Origin: Polyangiales bacterium
Lineage (GTDB): Bacteria > Myxococcota_A > Polyangia > Polyangiales > Polyangiaceae
Reading direction: 5' to 3'
Assembly (NCBI GenBank): GCA_038231275.1
Contig: JBBRLQ010000004.1
Span: 288,001 to 352,000 of the forward strand
DNA length: 64,000 bases
Position numbers and translations under genes: made by a program. How positions within the stretch are numbered: the first letter of the stretch is position 1; each line of letters begins with the position of its first letter. The notes under the pieces are model-generated. The model ran no database searches, was not told where the DNA came from, and saw only the letters and a program-made list of their open reading frames with translations. Shown piece after piece: positions 55,260-64,000 of this stretch.

Positions 55260-55745
55260 ATGTTGCGCTGCTGGAAAATTCTCGGAGGAGCCGCGTGGTT
55301 GGCTGCGACAGGATGCTCGTCGCCCGATCCGTCGCAGCTCTTGTCCTCCTCGTCGCGGGGGCCTGGCCGCGCGGGGACCTCGGCGCCGCAGGACGCAGGC
55401 ACGCAAGGCGCGACGACGACGCCTTCCACTCCACCGAGCGCGCCGCCACCCCCTTCCCTCCCGAGCACGGACGCGAGCGCGGGCGGCGTTCCGCTGACCG
55501 CCGATGCTTCGCCCCCGCCGCCGACTCCCAACGGATCGTGCGCCACGCCGAAATGCGGCGCGACCACCGACGGGTGCGGCTGCGTCGCCAAGACGGATCA
55601 AGGCGACGTGGTCGTCCTCGGCTGCGATGGGACGGGCTGCGTGTGCGGCCGCGGACAGACCGTCGATCAACAATTCGCGCAAAGCGGCGCGTGCGACTCC
55701 GACGCGACGATGCTCGCGGCGTGGGCGAGCTGCACCTGCCCCTGA
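55260..55745 (+). CDS. Cys-rich lipoprotein
   Basis: Lipobox ATGC, Pro/Thr linker, C-terminal domain with 10 Cys. Confidence 0.65.
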   Translation: MLRCWKILGGAAWLAATGCSSPDPSQLLSSSSRGPGRAGTSAPQDAGTQGATTTPSTPPSAPPPPSLPSTDASAGGVPLTADASPPPPTPNGSCATPKCGATTDGCGCVAKTDQGDVVVLGCDGTGCVCGRGQTVDQQFAQSGACDSDATMLAAWASCTCP

Positions 55746-55882
55746 AACGCGCACGCTCCGGCCCTACACCGCTCCATTCGAAAAGAGACGAGAAGTGGAC
55801 GAAGTGCCCCGCTTTGCAGCGTTTTCGGGCGCCGCGGCGACGAAGTGCTAGAGCTTGGATCTTGCGAACGCACGGATCCAGC

Positions 55883-56674
55883 TTGAGGCGTAGCCTCTCC
55901 CTTCTCGTGGTCGCCGCGTGCGGGGGTACGACGCACATCGTCATCGACGGGGACGGCGGCTCCACCCCTCCGCCTCCTCCCCCGAACGACGCAGGGGCGG
56001 ACTCGACGACGCCTCCACCGGACAGCGGCCCCACGCCCGACGGCGGCCCCGGTGACGACGCCGGACCCAAGGACTCTGGACCCGCGCCAACCGGCTGGGA
56101 CGGCGGATTTCCGGGACCGATCACGTGCCCGGGCCCCGGAACGTGGATCAACAACGGCGGCGCCGGCTGCGGCGCGGAGCGCTGGACGATCAAGACCGGC
56201 ACCGACACGGCCGCCGCGGGCATCAGCCTCCTCCCGAAGCTGACGACGATCCAGGATTTGCAGCTGATTCCCGCGCCCACCACCTTCCCGCAGACGACGC
56301 GCATCGCGCCAACGGAGAAGACGGTCTTCGCGCTCAAGGACGTGCGCCTCGCGTTCGGGCGCCTCGAAGGCGACAGCGACTATCACCTGATGCTGAGCGA
56401 TCTGGTCCGGACGATCATCACGGAAATTCCCTTCCCCGGGGGCTGCACGGACGGCAGCTCGTGGCAGTGCCTCATCTCCCACGCGCGCTCCACCGTCGAC
56501 GCGCAGAATCTCGGCATCACGAGCGCCGGGAAGAACTTCAACACGGTCGTATCGGTCATCGGCGTCGGATTTTTCGATCCGGAGCACGGCCAGTACGGAG
56601 CCGCGCCGAACACCATCGAGCTTCACCCGCTGCTCGGCATCTGCTTCGGGGCCGGCTGCGATCCCAGCAAGTGA
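55883..56674 (+). CDS. Lipoprotein with Pro/Asp/Gly linker and OB-fold-like C-terminal domain
   Basis: TTG start LRRSLSLLVVAACGG; ERWTIKTGTD, EGDSDYHL, ITEIP, GVGFFD.EHG...IELHP. Confidence 0.6.
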   Translation: MRRSLSLLVVAACGGTTHIVIDGDGGSTPPPPPPNDAGADSTTPPPDSGPTPDGGPGDDAGPKDSGPAPTGWDGGFPGPITCPGPGTWINNGGAGCGAERWTIKTGTDTAAAGISLLPKLTTIQDLQLIPAPTTFPQTTRIAPTEKTVFALKDVRLAFGRLEGDSDYHLMLSDLVRTIITEIPFPGGCTDGSSWQCLISHARSTVDAQNLGITSAGKNFNTVVSVIGVGFFDPEHGQYGAAPNTIELHPLLGICFGAGCDPSK

Positions 56675-56684
56675 CGAGTCGTTC

Positions 56685-57092
56685 GTGCGACCGGCGACCG
56701 TTCTCGGGGTGATCGCGGCCGCGGCGTTGCTCCTCGGGGCGATCGTCGGCGTCCGGCGGTGCAGCGACGACGCGAAGGCCGCCAAGCTGAAGGCGGTCGA
56801 CGTCGAGGTCGCCTGTCCCGACGCGCGCCCCCTCGGGCCGGATTGCGCGCCGTGCATCGCCGCATTTTGCTGCGCGGAAATGCGCGTGTGCTACGGATCC
56901 AGCGATTGCATCGACCTGAATGACTGCTACGTCCGTTCAGGTGAAAATGAGGGGCAGGCAGGGACTCAGGGGTCCCGCGCTGCCGCGTGTTTGCGCGAAC
57001 ATTCGACTTCTGCAACGTCCTTCTTGGCATGGGACGGATGTGCGCGTAAGAACTGCGAGGACGTCTGCCCCCGCGGACCCGAGGAGGATTGA
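56685..57092 (+). CDS. Small Cys-rich exported protein
   Basis: N-terminal TM; C..CI...CC.E...C.....C....C...C...C...C pattern common in myxobacteria. Confidence 0.6.
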   Translation: MRPATVLGVIAAAALLLGAIVGVRRCSDDAKAAKLKAVDVEVACPDARPLGPDCAPCIAAFCCAEMRVCYGSSDCIDLNDCYVRSGENEGQAGTQGSRAAACLREHSTSATSFLAWDGCARKNCEDVCPRGPEED

Positions 57093-57095
57093 GCC

Positions 57096-57899
57096 GTGCC
57101 GACGAACAAGACTCTGTTTTTTGGGCTTCTCGCCGCTTGCGCCCTCTTTCCCCGCGCCGCGCTCGCGGACGGTCCGGCGACGAGCGACACGCCGGAGCCG
57201 CCGGTCATCACGCGTGACGTCAAGACGGAGATCCCGAACGTCGCGTACGCGTACCAGGCGCACGGGGTCTCGGCGCGGAACGTCGGCGTGATGGCCTACG
57301 GCGTCGGCCTCGGTGGACGCGGCCAGAAAGCGACCCTCGGCGGCGGCGGCGCCGTGTGGGGCTCGCCGATCGATCGGCTGACGCTCATCGGTGACGGCTC
57401 GCGGAACGTCGTCGGCAACTTCTCTCCGTCGATCGCCGCCGTCTTCCGCATCCTCGGCACGCCCAACGACGGGTTCACGCTCGGCGCGCTCGGCAAGTAC
57501 AAGGTCGAAGGCTTCGGCACCGGGCCCGGCGGCGAAACCGAGTCGGAGATCGAAGGCGGCCTCCTCCTCTCGTACGCAAAGTACGGCTGGCACATGGACC
57601 TGAACGCCATCAGCGGCTTCGGGACCGGCGACGACGGCGAGATCGACGGCGAGGGGCGCTTCCGCCTGAACCACGAGATCGGCCGTTACGTGCGGCTCGG
57701 CGTCGACAGCCAGGCGCGCTACCGCATGGCCGGCGACAGGAAGCTCCCGGGCAACCGAAACGGCGACTTCGCGGCCGGCCCGCAGGTGATCATCGGCTCG
57801 AGCAACTTCTTCGGCTCGGTCACGACCGGCGCGGCTACGACGGGCATCGTCAACCAGGTCGGGTGGACGAGCATCCTCTCGATCGGCGGCAGCACCTAG
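57096..57899 (+). CDS. Secreted Gly-rich beta-strand protein, possible outer-membrane barrel
   Basis: Signal peptide ending ALA-D; alternating amphipathic beta-strands. Confidence 0.5.
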   Translation: MPTNKTLFFGLLAACALFPRAALADGPATSDTPEPPVITRDVKTEIPNVAYAYQAHGVSARNVGVMAYGVGLGGRGQKATLGGGGAVWGSPIDRLTLIGDGSRNVVGNFSPSIAAVFRILGTPNDGFTLGALGKYKVEGFGTGPGGETESEIEGGLLLSYAKYGWHMDLNAISGFGTGDDGEIDGEGRFRLNHEIGRYVRLGVDSQARYRMAGDRKLPGNRNGDFAAGPQVIIGSSNFFGSVTTGAATTGIVNQVGWTSILSIGGST

Positions 57900-57994
57900 A
57901 GCGGGCGCACCGCACGGTTTGGCGCGCACGATCTGCGTGCCTGTACAAGTTGGCCGAACGTGCGCATGTTGTCGCGGTGACGGAGACGTCCACC

Positions 57995-58198
57995 ATGGCG
58001 ACCTACGAAATTCAGGGCATGACGTGCCAGCACTGCGTCCGCTCGGTGGAGCGCGCGCTCGCGAAGGTTCCGGGCGTGGTCCGCGTCGACGAGGTCAACC
58101 TGGAGCGTGGCGTTGCGCGCATCGAAGGCGGCGCCACCGATGAGGCGGTGCTTCGCGCGATCGAGGACGAGGGATACCGCGCGCGGCGCGCGAGCTGA
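57995..58198 (+). CDS. copZ: Copper chaperone (HMA domain)
   Basis: [17 protein letters not shown]...IEDEGY; GGAG RBS. Confidence 0.85.
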   Translation: MATYEIQGMTCQHCVRSVERALAKVPGVVRVDEVNLERGVARIEGGATDEAVLRAIEDEGYRARRAS

Positions 58199-58200
58199 GC

Positions 58201-60459
58201 GTGGCCGTGGAGCCGTCGGAGCTCACGTTCGAAGTGCACGGCATGACGTGCGCGAGCTGCGTCGGGCGCGTGGAGCGTGCGCTCCGCAAGGTCGATGGCG
58301 TCGCAGGCGCGAGCGTGAACCTGGCGACCAACCGCGCCACGGTGACGAGCGCGGGCGAGCGCGGTCCGTCTGCGTTGCGGCCGCTCCTCTACACGGCCGT
58401 TCACGACGCCGGCTACGAGGCCGCCGACGTCCCAAAGACCGCCGACGAGGCCGCCCACGCGGAGGAGACGGAGCTCAGGCTCGCGCGCCGTGACGCGCTC
58501 GTCGCCGGCGCGTTCGCGCTTCCGCTCGTCGTGCTCTCGATGGTCCCGATGGCGGTGCCGGCGCTTCACGCGCTGCTGCACCCGCTCCCCGAGATTCTGA
58601 TGGGATGGGGCGGCCTCGCGCTCGCGGCGCCGGTGCAGCTCTGGGCGGCGCGCCATTTCTACGTGCGCGCGTGGTCGGAGGTCAGGCAGGGGAGCCTAGG
58701 AATGAGCACGCTCGTCGCGCTCGGTAGCTCGGCGGCGTTCGGATACTCGCTCGTCGCGCTCGTGGCGCCCGGCGCGTTTCCGCCGGGGACCGCGCACACG
58801 TACTTCGAAGCGTCGGCGTCGATCGTCGCGTTGATCCTCCTCGGAAAGTACTTCGAGGCGCGCGCGAAAGGGCGGTCCGCCGCGGCGCTGACGAAGCTGC
58901 TCCGCCTCGGCGCGAAGACAGCGCGCGTACGGCGCGACGGGGTCGAGAGCGATCTGCCCATCGACGACGTCGTCGTGGGCGACGAGATCGCGGTGGTACC
59001 GGGAGAGCGTGTGCCCACCGATGGGGTGATCCTCGAAGGCGAGAGCTTCGTCGACGAGTCAATGATCACCGGAGAGCCCACGCCGGTGGAAAAGGGTCCG
59101 GGCGCGCAGGTCACAGGTGGCACGGTGAACGGCAACGGCGCGTTCAGCTTCCGCGCGACGCGCGTGGGCAAAGAGACGCTCCTCGCGCGCATCGTGCACG
59201 CCGTCGAGAGCGCGCAGGCCGGCAAGCCGCGCGTGCAGGAGCTCGCCGATCGGATCGCCGCGGTGTTCGTGCCGGCGGTCCTCGCCGCGGCGGCGCTCAC
59301 CTTCGCGGCGTGGTGGTTCTTCGGGCCGGCGCCTGCGCTGTCGCGCGCGTTCGTCGCCGCGGTCTCGGTCCTCGTCATCGCGTGCCCTTGCGCCATGGGC
59401 CTCGCGACGCCGACCGCGGTCCTCGTGGCCACCGGCCGCGCCGCCGAGCTAGGCGTGCTGTTTCGGAAAGGCGCGGCGCTGGAGGGGCTCGCCGCCGCGA
59501 CCACGGTCCTTCTGGACAAGACGGGCACGTTGACCGAAGGGCGGCCCGCGCTCACCGACGTCCACGCGGTCGGCGACGTCGCCGAAGCCGACGCGCTCCG
59601 ACTGATCGCAGCGGCCGAGGCGCGCAGCGAGCACCCGATCGGCCGCGCCATCGTGTCCGGCGCGAAGGCGCGTTCACTCACGCTTCCGAAAGCGGAGGGC
59701 GTGAAGGCCGAGGCGGGGCTCGGCTTCACCGCCATGGTCGAAGGACGACGCGTGCAGGTCGGCGCCGCGCGCTTCATGGAGCGCCTCGGGATCGCGCTCG
59801 ACGACCACGCCGCGCTCCTCGCGCGCTTGGCAAACGAGGCGAAGACCCCCGTGCTCGCTGCCATCGACGGCAAGCTCGCGGCGATCCTCGCGGTGTCCGA
59901 TCCCGTGCGGGCCGAGAGCGCCGAGATGGTCCGCGCGCTCGAGGCTTCGGGGCTCGAGGTCGGCATGGTGACCGGAGACGATCGACGCACGGCCGACGCC
60001 GTCGCGGGCGCGCTCGGGATTCGGACCGTGCACGCCGAGATGCTGCCGGTCGCCAAAGCAGAGGAGATCGCGCGACTTCAGGCGGCCGGTCGCCGCGTCG
60101 TGTTCGTCGGCGACGGCGTCAACGACGCGCCCGCCCTCGCGCGCGCCGATGTGGGCGTCGCGATGGGAGGCGGCACCGACGTCGCCATCGAGTCGGGCGA
60201 CGTCGTCCTCGTGCGCGGAAACCTGCGCGCGCTTCTCGACGCCCACGCCCTGAGCCGCCGCGCGGTGGCGACGATCCGTCAGAATTTCTTCTGGGCCTAT
60301 GCCTACAACGTGGCCCTCGTGCCGCTCGCGGCAGGGGCCTTCTATCCGCTCGTTCAGATGATGCTGTCGCCGGTGCTCGCGGCGGCGGCGATGAGCTCGA
60401 GCAGCCTGTTCGTCGTCGGCAACAGCTTGCGTCTGCGCCGCTTCACACGAAGCGCCTGA
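58201..60459 (+). CDS. copA: Cu(I)-translocating P1B-type ATPase
   Basis: [37 protein letters not shown] and MSSSS. Confidence 0.92.
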   Translation: MAVEPSELTFEVHGMTCASCVGRVERALRKVDGVAGASVNLATNRATVTSAGERGPSALRPLLYTAVHDAGYEAADVPKTADEAAHAEETELRLARRDALVAGAFALPLVVLSMVPMAVPALHALLHPLPEILMGWGGLALAAPVQLWAARHFYVRAWSEVRQGSLGMSTLVALGSSAAFGYSLVALVAPGAFPPGTAHTYFEASASIVALILLGKYFEARAKGRSAAALTKLLRLGAKTARVRRDGVESDLPIDDVVVGDEIAVVPGERVPTDGVILEGESFVDESMITGEPTPVEKGPGAQVTGGTVNGNGAFSFRATRVGKETLLARIVHAVESAQAGKPRVQELADRIAAVFVPAVLAAAALTFAAWWFFGPAPALSRAFVAAVSVLVIACPCAMGLATPTAVLVATGRAAELGVLFRKGAALEGLAAATTVLLDKTGTLTEGRPALTDVHAVGDVAEADALRLIAAAEARSEHPIGRAIVSGAKARSLTLPKAEGVKAEAGLGFTAMVEGRRVQVGAARFMERLGIALDDHAALLARLANEAKTPVLAAIDGKLAAILAVSDPVRAESAEMVRALEASGLEVGMVTGDDRRTADAVAGALGIRTVHAEMLPVAKAEEIARLQAAGRRVVFVGDGVNDAPALARADVGVAMGGGTDVAIESGDVVLVRGNLRALLDAHALSRRAVATIRQNFFWAYAYNVALVPLAAGAFYPLVQMMLSPVLAAAAMSSSSLFVVGNSLRLRRFTRSA

Positions 60460-60518
60460 GCCGGCGCCCATGCGCCGCGCCCGGCCCAGCCGCGCTACGT
60501 CCCCATCCCGGGATTCAA

Positions 60519-60556
60519 CCGTTCCTGTACGAAGTCTCCGAAAAGTACAGGAACGG
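60519..60556. terminator. 12-bp perfect inverted repeat between convergent copA and tRNA-Pro (possible bidirectional terminator)
   Basis: CCGTTCCTGTAC-N14-GTACAGGAACGG; no long U tract. Confidence 0.4.
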
Positions 60557-60600
60557 CAGAAGCCTCGAGGATGTCTGCGGCCTGCGGCCCGTCAGAAATA

Positions 60601-60676
<76 letters not shown>

Positions 60677-60751
60677 AACCGCCGTCGCCGAAGCGGCAGC
60701 CCCGGGAACCTCGCACATGGGGTGGGCTCTCCGCAAGCCCGATCGCAAGGC

Positions 60752-61123
60752 TCAGCCGCTCAAGGTGACCGCGTAGGCCTCCGGCCGGAAGCCGACGAGG
60801 ACCGCGAGGCCTGGCCCCTCGACGACGAGCACCGGCCGTTTCACGAGCTTGCCGTCGCGCGTGAGCCAGGCGGTGACCTCCGCGTCGGACGCGGCGTCGA
60901 CCTTCTCCTTGCCGAGCGCGCGGTAGCTCTGGCCGCTCGTGTTCAGCCACTTTCGCACCGAGAGGCCGCTGGCGGGCACCCACGCACGGAGCTCCGCGGC
61001 GGTGGGCGGCTCTTCGACGATGGGACGCAGCGTGTATTTTACACCCTTATCGGAGAGCCACTTCAGGGCCTTCTTGCAGGTGCTGCAGCCGGCGTAGGCG
61101 AGGACGGTGACGGCTTGGGCCAT
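60752..61123 (-). CDS. ArsC/Spx/MgsR-family protein
   Basis: YAGCSTCKKALKWL, NTSGQSYR, GKLVKRP, VGF; start MAQAV at 61123. Confidence 0.88.
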   Translation of the reverse strand: MAQAVTVLAYAGCSTCKKALKWLSDKGVKYTLRPIVEEPPTAAELRAWVPASGLSVRKWLNTSGQSYRALGKEKVDAASDAEVTAWLTRDGKLVKRPVLVVEGPGLAVLVGFRPEAYAVTLSG

Positions 61124-63792
61124 GCCGCGTTCATAGCCGGTCTCGCGCGCCGACGACCAAGCGATTCGCCGTCGCCGTTCGCGTCGACCCAGATCGCGCC
61201 GGTCATGGCGAAGGGAGCAGTCTCCTTCGCTTCGCCCGAGAGCACCGGCGTCATCGGGGTCGATCCTTCGACGATCACGACCACCGCGTCGTCCTCCGCG
61301 AAGCGGACGGTGGCGGTGAGGTCTTGCCCCACGGCGGACGACGGGAGCGGCGCAGGCCTCCACGACAGCGCCGGGGACGTCACGAGCGCATCGCCGGTCC
61401 GCGCCGAGACCAGGCGCACCCTCTCGAGGGTGATCCATGGCGCGTGCTCGACGTGAATGGCGAAGCTGACGCTCGGCCCCTTCGCGACGCCGCCGATGGG
61501 CGCGCCGTTGGCGGACACACGAAGAAACGGGCCGTTGGTCAGTACCACGTCGCGCAGCTCACGAACGCCGCGCACGAGATCGGCGGTGCGCGCGGGGCTC
61601 CACGCCTCGAGGTGCGCGTCGTCGGGCACGCGGACGTACGTGCGCGGGTAGCCGGCCTCTTGGCCGACGACGCCGTGCGTGTCGGTGTCGGCGGTGGCCG
61701 TCACCGGATGCCGCGTGCGAAGGAGGGCGAAGAAATCAGCGAGCACCTTGTCGCGCGCGTCCACGTTGCGTCCGTTCCACACTTCGAGCGCGTCGAAATC
61801 GGGATCGTAGCCGGGGTCCTTCCCTACCCCGGTCTTCGCGTCGAAGCCGAGCTGGTCGAAGTAGCCGGTGACGCCGGTGCGCGGGTGGTTGATCTGGAAG
61901 ATGGGCGCGGGGGTGAGGTGGCGCGCGCGGAGCTCCGCGAAGATCTCTCGCGCGCTGCGATCGCGGACCTCGGGCGCGCCGCCACGCGGCTTGTCGGGCT
62001 CTTCGGGGAGCGGGAACACGTTCGCGTGGCCCCACGGCTTCTTGCTCGAGTCGGTCGTCAGCTCGTCGCCGGGAATCGTGACCAGCGACGACTCGAGCTT
62101 CAGATCGCGCACCAGGCCCGACAGATCGACCACGACGTTGTGCTCGCTGGCGACCGCGACCTCGAGCCCCTCCGCCGCGTTCGACACGAGCCGATCGCGC
62201 AGGCCCACCGGCGAGTCGGCGCCGAGCATCGTGTGCTGATGAAAATCGGTCGAGACGTACCCGGTGGTGTCGACGACGCGCGCGAGGGCGACATCGGAAG
62301 CGGCGATCGTCCACGTCTCGCCGGCGCGAACGGTCGCGGCGAACGCGCGCGTCGCGTATTCGGGGCCGCGCGACAAGGTCACGGCGTACGTGCCGACGGC
62401 GACCGGCACGTCCACCTTGCCGTCGTGCGTCGTCACTTGGTTGCGCGCGGGGCCGGCGGCGTGCGCGGGACCGAAGTCCGGCGTCGTCGTCCCGCCGGTG
62501 CCTTCGAGCGTCACCTTGCACGGCGCACCGCACGAAAACGCGACGCGTCCGGGGCGCGTGACGGCGAGAAGCGCGGTCGTCACGCTGTCCTTCGCGACGA
62601 CGATCGGCAGACGGGGTCCGGCGCTCGCGCGGCCACCCCCCGACGCATACGCCACCTCGTATTTTCCCGGAGGGAGGTCGCCGGCGAGGACCTTCGCAGG
62701 CCCGGCGCCGGTGAGCGTGAGCACCTCCCCGCCGCCCGGCACGAAGAGAGACGCCTTGGCGCCGAGGAACGACGGCGTCGCCTTGTCCTCCTCACGCAGC
62801 TCGAGCTCGAGCCTCCCCAGCTCCGCCCCGGGCGACGCGAGGATCAGCTCGGCGACCAGGCTCGACGTGTCGGGGCGCTCGCCGACGACGAAGACGCGTG
62901 CATACTGCACACTTTCGCCCGGCTTCAGAACGACGTCCTTGCGCTGCTCGGTGTCGGTCCACGATCCGCCGCTGACCGCGTCGATCTCGCCGTCGGTCGA
63001 CGTGATGGCATAGCTCACGAGCCTCCCGACGCCACCGACGTATGGGCCGTGCGATTTTCCACGGAAGCCCACCGATTTTCCGGGCGCGACCTTCTCGGCG
63101 CCACCCCACTGGATCGCGTCGCCGAGGCCGAGCTTGTCGATGGCGCGATCGCTGGTGTTCGTCAGCGTCGTCTCGAGGAGGAGCGCGCGATCGCCAGGGG
63201 CGAGCGTGTAGCGCGTCGTGACCTCGAGATCCTTCTCGTACAGCTCGTGGCCCTTCGCTTCGACCCACGCTACGCCGCCGTCGCCGGCGCCGCTGGTGAT
63301 GCGGCCGTACACGCCCTGTCGGGGGAAGGTGCCGAAGTACGTGAACACCATCCCGAGCTCGTCTTTGCGCGCGCCCGCGTCGGCGGCGTCGACGAGGTTG
63401 CCGCCGCTCTCGGCGAAGCCGGCACCTCCGCCGAGCTGGTCGATGACGAAGACCACGTCCTCGTTCTCCAGCACGATGTCGCCGGGCCTGCCGACCGCGT
63501 TGGGGCCGCCGAGCTCTTGTCCCTTGGCGAGCGGATGCACGCGCGCGGGCTTCGCGGCGGTCTTGGCGGCGTCGCGGCGTGCGCGGCTGGGGATGAGGCT
63601 GATGCGCTGCGCGGCACCGGGCGACACTTCGATCTGTGGTGTCACGTCTTCCTTGGGCGGGCACGCGGTCCCGAAGAGGACGAGCGCGACCGGGAGCGCA
63701 CGACGCATGAAGCGTGAGACCGACTGGCGCCGGGATCCTTGGAGCCTGGCGGTCATGGTCATGGCGTCCTCACGTCCTCGCGATCTCGTCAT
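61063..63792 (-). CDS. CehA/McbA-like PHP-domain metallohydrolase lipoprotein
   Basis: DFHQHT, SEHN, GDELTT, GHANVFP, QINHPR, LEVWNG, ADTDTH; lipobox GTAC (start may be ATG 63708). Confidence 0.75.
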   Translation of the reverse strand: MTRSRGREDAMTMTARLQGSRRQSVSRFMRRALPVALVLFGTACPPKEDVTPQIEVSPGAAQRISLIPSRARRDAAKTAAKPARVHPLAKGQELGGPNAVGRPGDIVLENEDVVFVIDQLGGGAGFAESGGNLVDAADAGARKDELGMVFTYFGTFPRQGVYGRITSGAGDGGVAWVEAKGHELYEKDLEVTTRYTLAPGDRALLLETTLTNTSDRAIDKLGLGDAIQWGGAEKVAPGKSVGFRGKSHGPYVGGVGRLVSYAITSTDGEIDAVSGGSWTDTEQRKDVVLKPGESVQYARVFVVGERPDTSSLVAELILASPGAELGRLELELREEDKATPSFLGAKASLFVPGGGEVLTLTGAGPAKVLAGDLPPGKYEVAYASGGGRASAGPRLPIVVAKDSVTTALLAVTRPGRVAFSCGAPCKVTLEGTGGTTTPDFGPAHAAGPARNQVTTHDGKVDVPVAVGTYAVTLSRGPEYATRAFAATVRAGETWTIAASDVALARVVDTTGYVSTDFHQHTMLGADSPVGLRDRLVSNAAEGLEVAVASEHNVVVDLSGLVRDLKLESSLVTIPGDELTTDSSKKPWGHANVFPLPEEPDKPRGGAPEVRDRSAREIFAELRARHLTPAPIFQINHPRTGVTGYFDQLGFDAKTGVGKDPGYDPDFDALEVWNGRNVDARDKVLADFFALLRTRHPVTATADTDTHGVVGQEAGYPRTYVRVPDDAHLEAWSPARTADLVRGVRELRDVVLTNGPFLRVSANGAPIGGVAKGPSVSFAIHVEHAPWITLERVRLVSARTGDALVTSPALSWRPAPLPSSAVGQDLTATVRFAEDDAVVVIVEGSTPMTPVLSGEAKETAPFAMTGAIWVDANGDGESLGRRRARPAMNAAWPKPSPSSPTPAAAPARRP

Positions 63793-63796
63793 CAGG

Positions 63797-64000
63797 TCAT
63801 CGCGTGGCGAGGAAGCGCGCGAGGGCCTGGGCTTTCAAGAGGAGCGTGAACACCTCGATCTGCTCGTCCTTCGTGTGAAAGCCGATACCACGCGGACCCA
63901 AGCCATCGATCGACGCGATCCCGATCGCGCTCGACGTGCTCGCGTCCGAGCCTCCGCCGATGAGCGCGGCTTCGCCGTCGCCGAGCCCCGACGCGCGCGC
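63797..64000 (-). CDS. C-terminus of an M20-family metallopeptidase (truncated by the window edge; absent from the ORF track)
   Basis: Manual translation ...GGGSDAST...[18 protein letters not shown]...[17 protein letters not shown] and HxxDE motifs. Confidence 0.75.
   Translation of the reverse strand, partial: ARASGLGDGEAALIGGGSDASTSSAIGIASIDGLGPRGIGFHTKDEQIEVFTLLLKAQALARFLATR

Noticed and set aside
55798-55848. Direct repeat GACGAAGTGC twice in the intergenic gap
   Set aside because: Only two short copies at non-informative spacing; insufficient to call a binding site.
61324-63717. 797-aa plus-strand ORF and other long antisense ORFs (e.g. 43903-46647, 16183-17880, 23560-25548)
   Set aside because: They mirror or shadow well-supported genes, are Arg/Ala-rich and have no recognisable motifs.

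Overview
High-GC (roughly 70%) chromosomal window from a myxobacterium, probably Polyangiaceae/Sorangiineae-like. The taxon is inferred from a MYXO-CTERM protein, a receiver-DUF4388 protein, several Hanks-type kinases and many Cys-rich lipoproteins. About 48 genes and one tRNA-Pro(GGG) are supported; no CRISPR array, transposase or integrase was seen. Main blocks: (1) 1-13 kb, signalling and peptide ABC genes. (2) 13.2-36 kb, a ~23-kb surface-glycosylation island with eight GT-C-like membrane proteins, a rearranged ADP-heptose pathway (GmhA fused to the HldE adenylyltransferase domain), a GT9, a methyltransferase, a DUF4185/GH183-like glycosidase and a GT-C/Wza-like-domain fusion. (3) 37.3-42.4 kb, the best candidate for an undescribed system: a five-gene operon PP2C, Ser/Thr kinase, nicotinamidase-like hydrolase, TerY-like vWA, NrtR, with a GT-N7-AC NrtR-type palindrome just upstream. 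This suggests a TerY-P phosphorylation triad wired to sensing NAD+ breakdown. (4) 42.5-49.5 kb, a kinase-NTPase-TPR-GAF-sigma54 activator flanked by lipoproteins. (5) A MATE gene preceded by a candidate leader-peptide/hairpin attenuator, followed by sigma54-driven secreted proteins, copZ-copA, tRNA-Pro, an ArsC/Spx protein, a PHP hydrolase and a truncated M20 peptidase. All family calls come from motif recognition by eye, not database searches.
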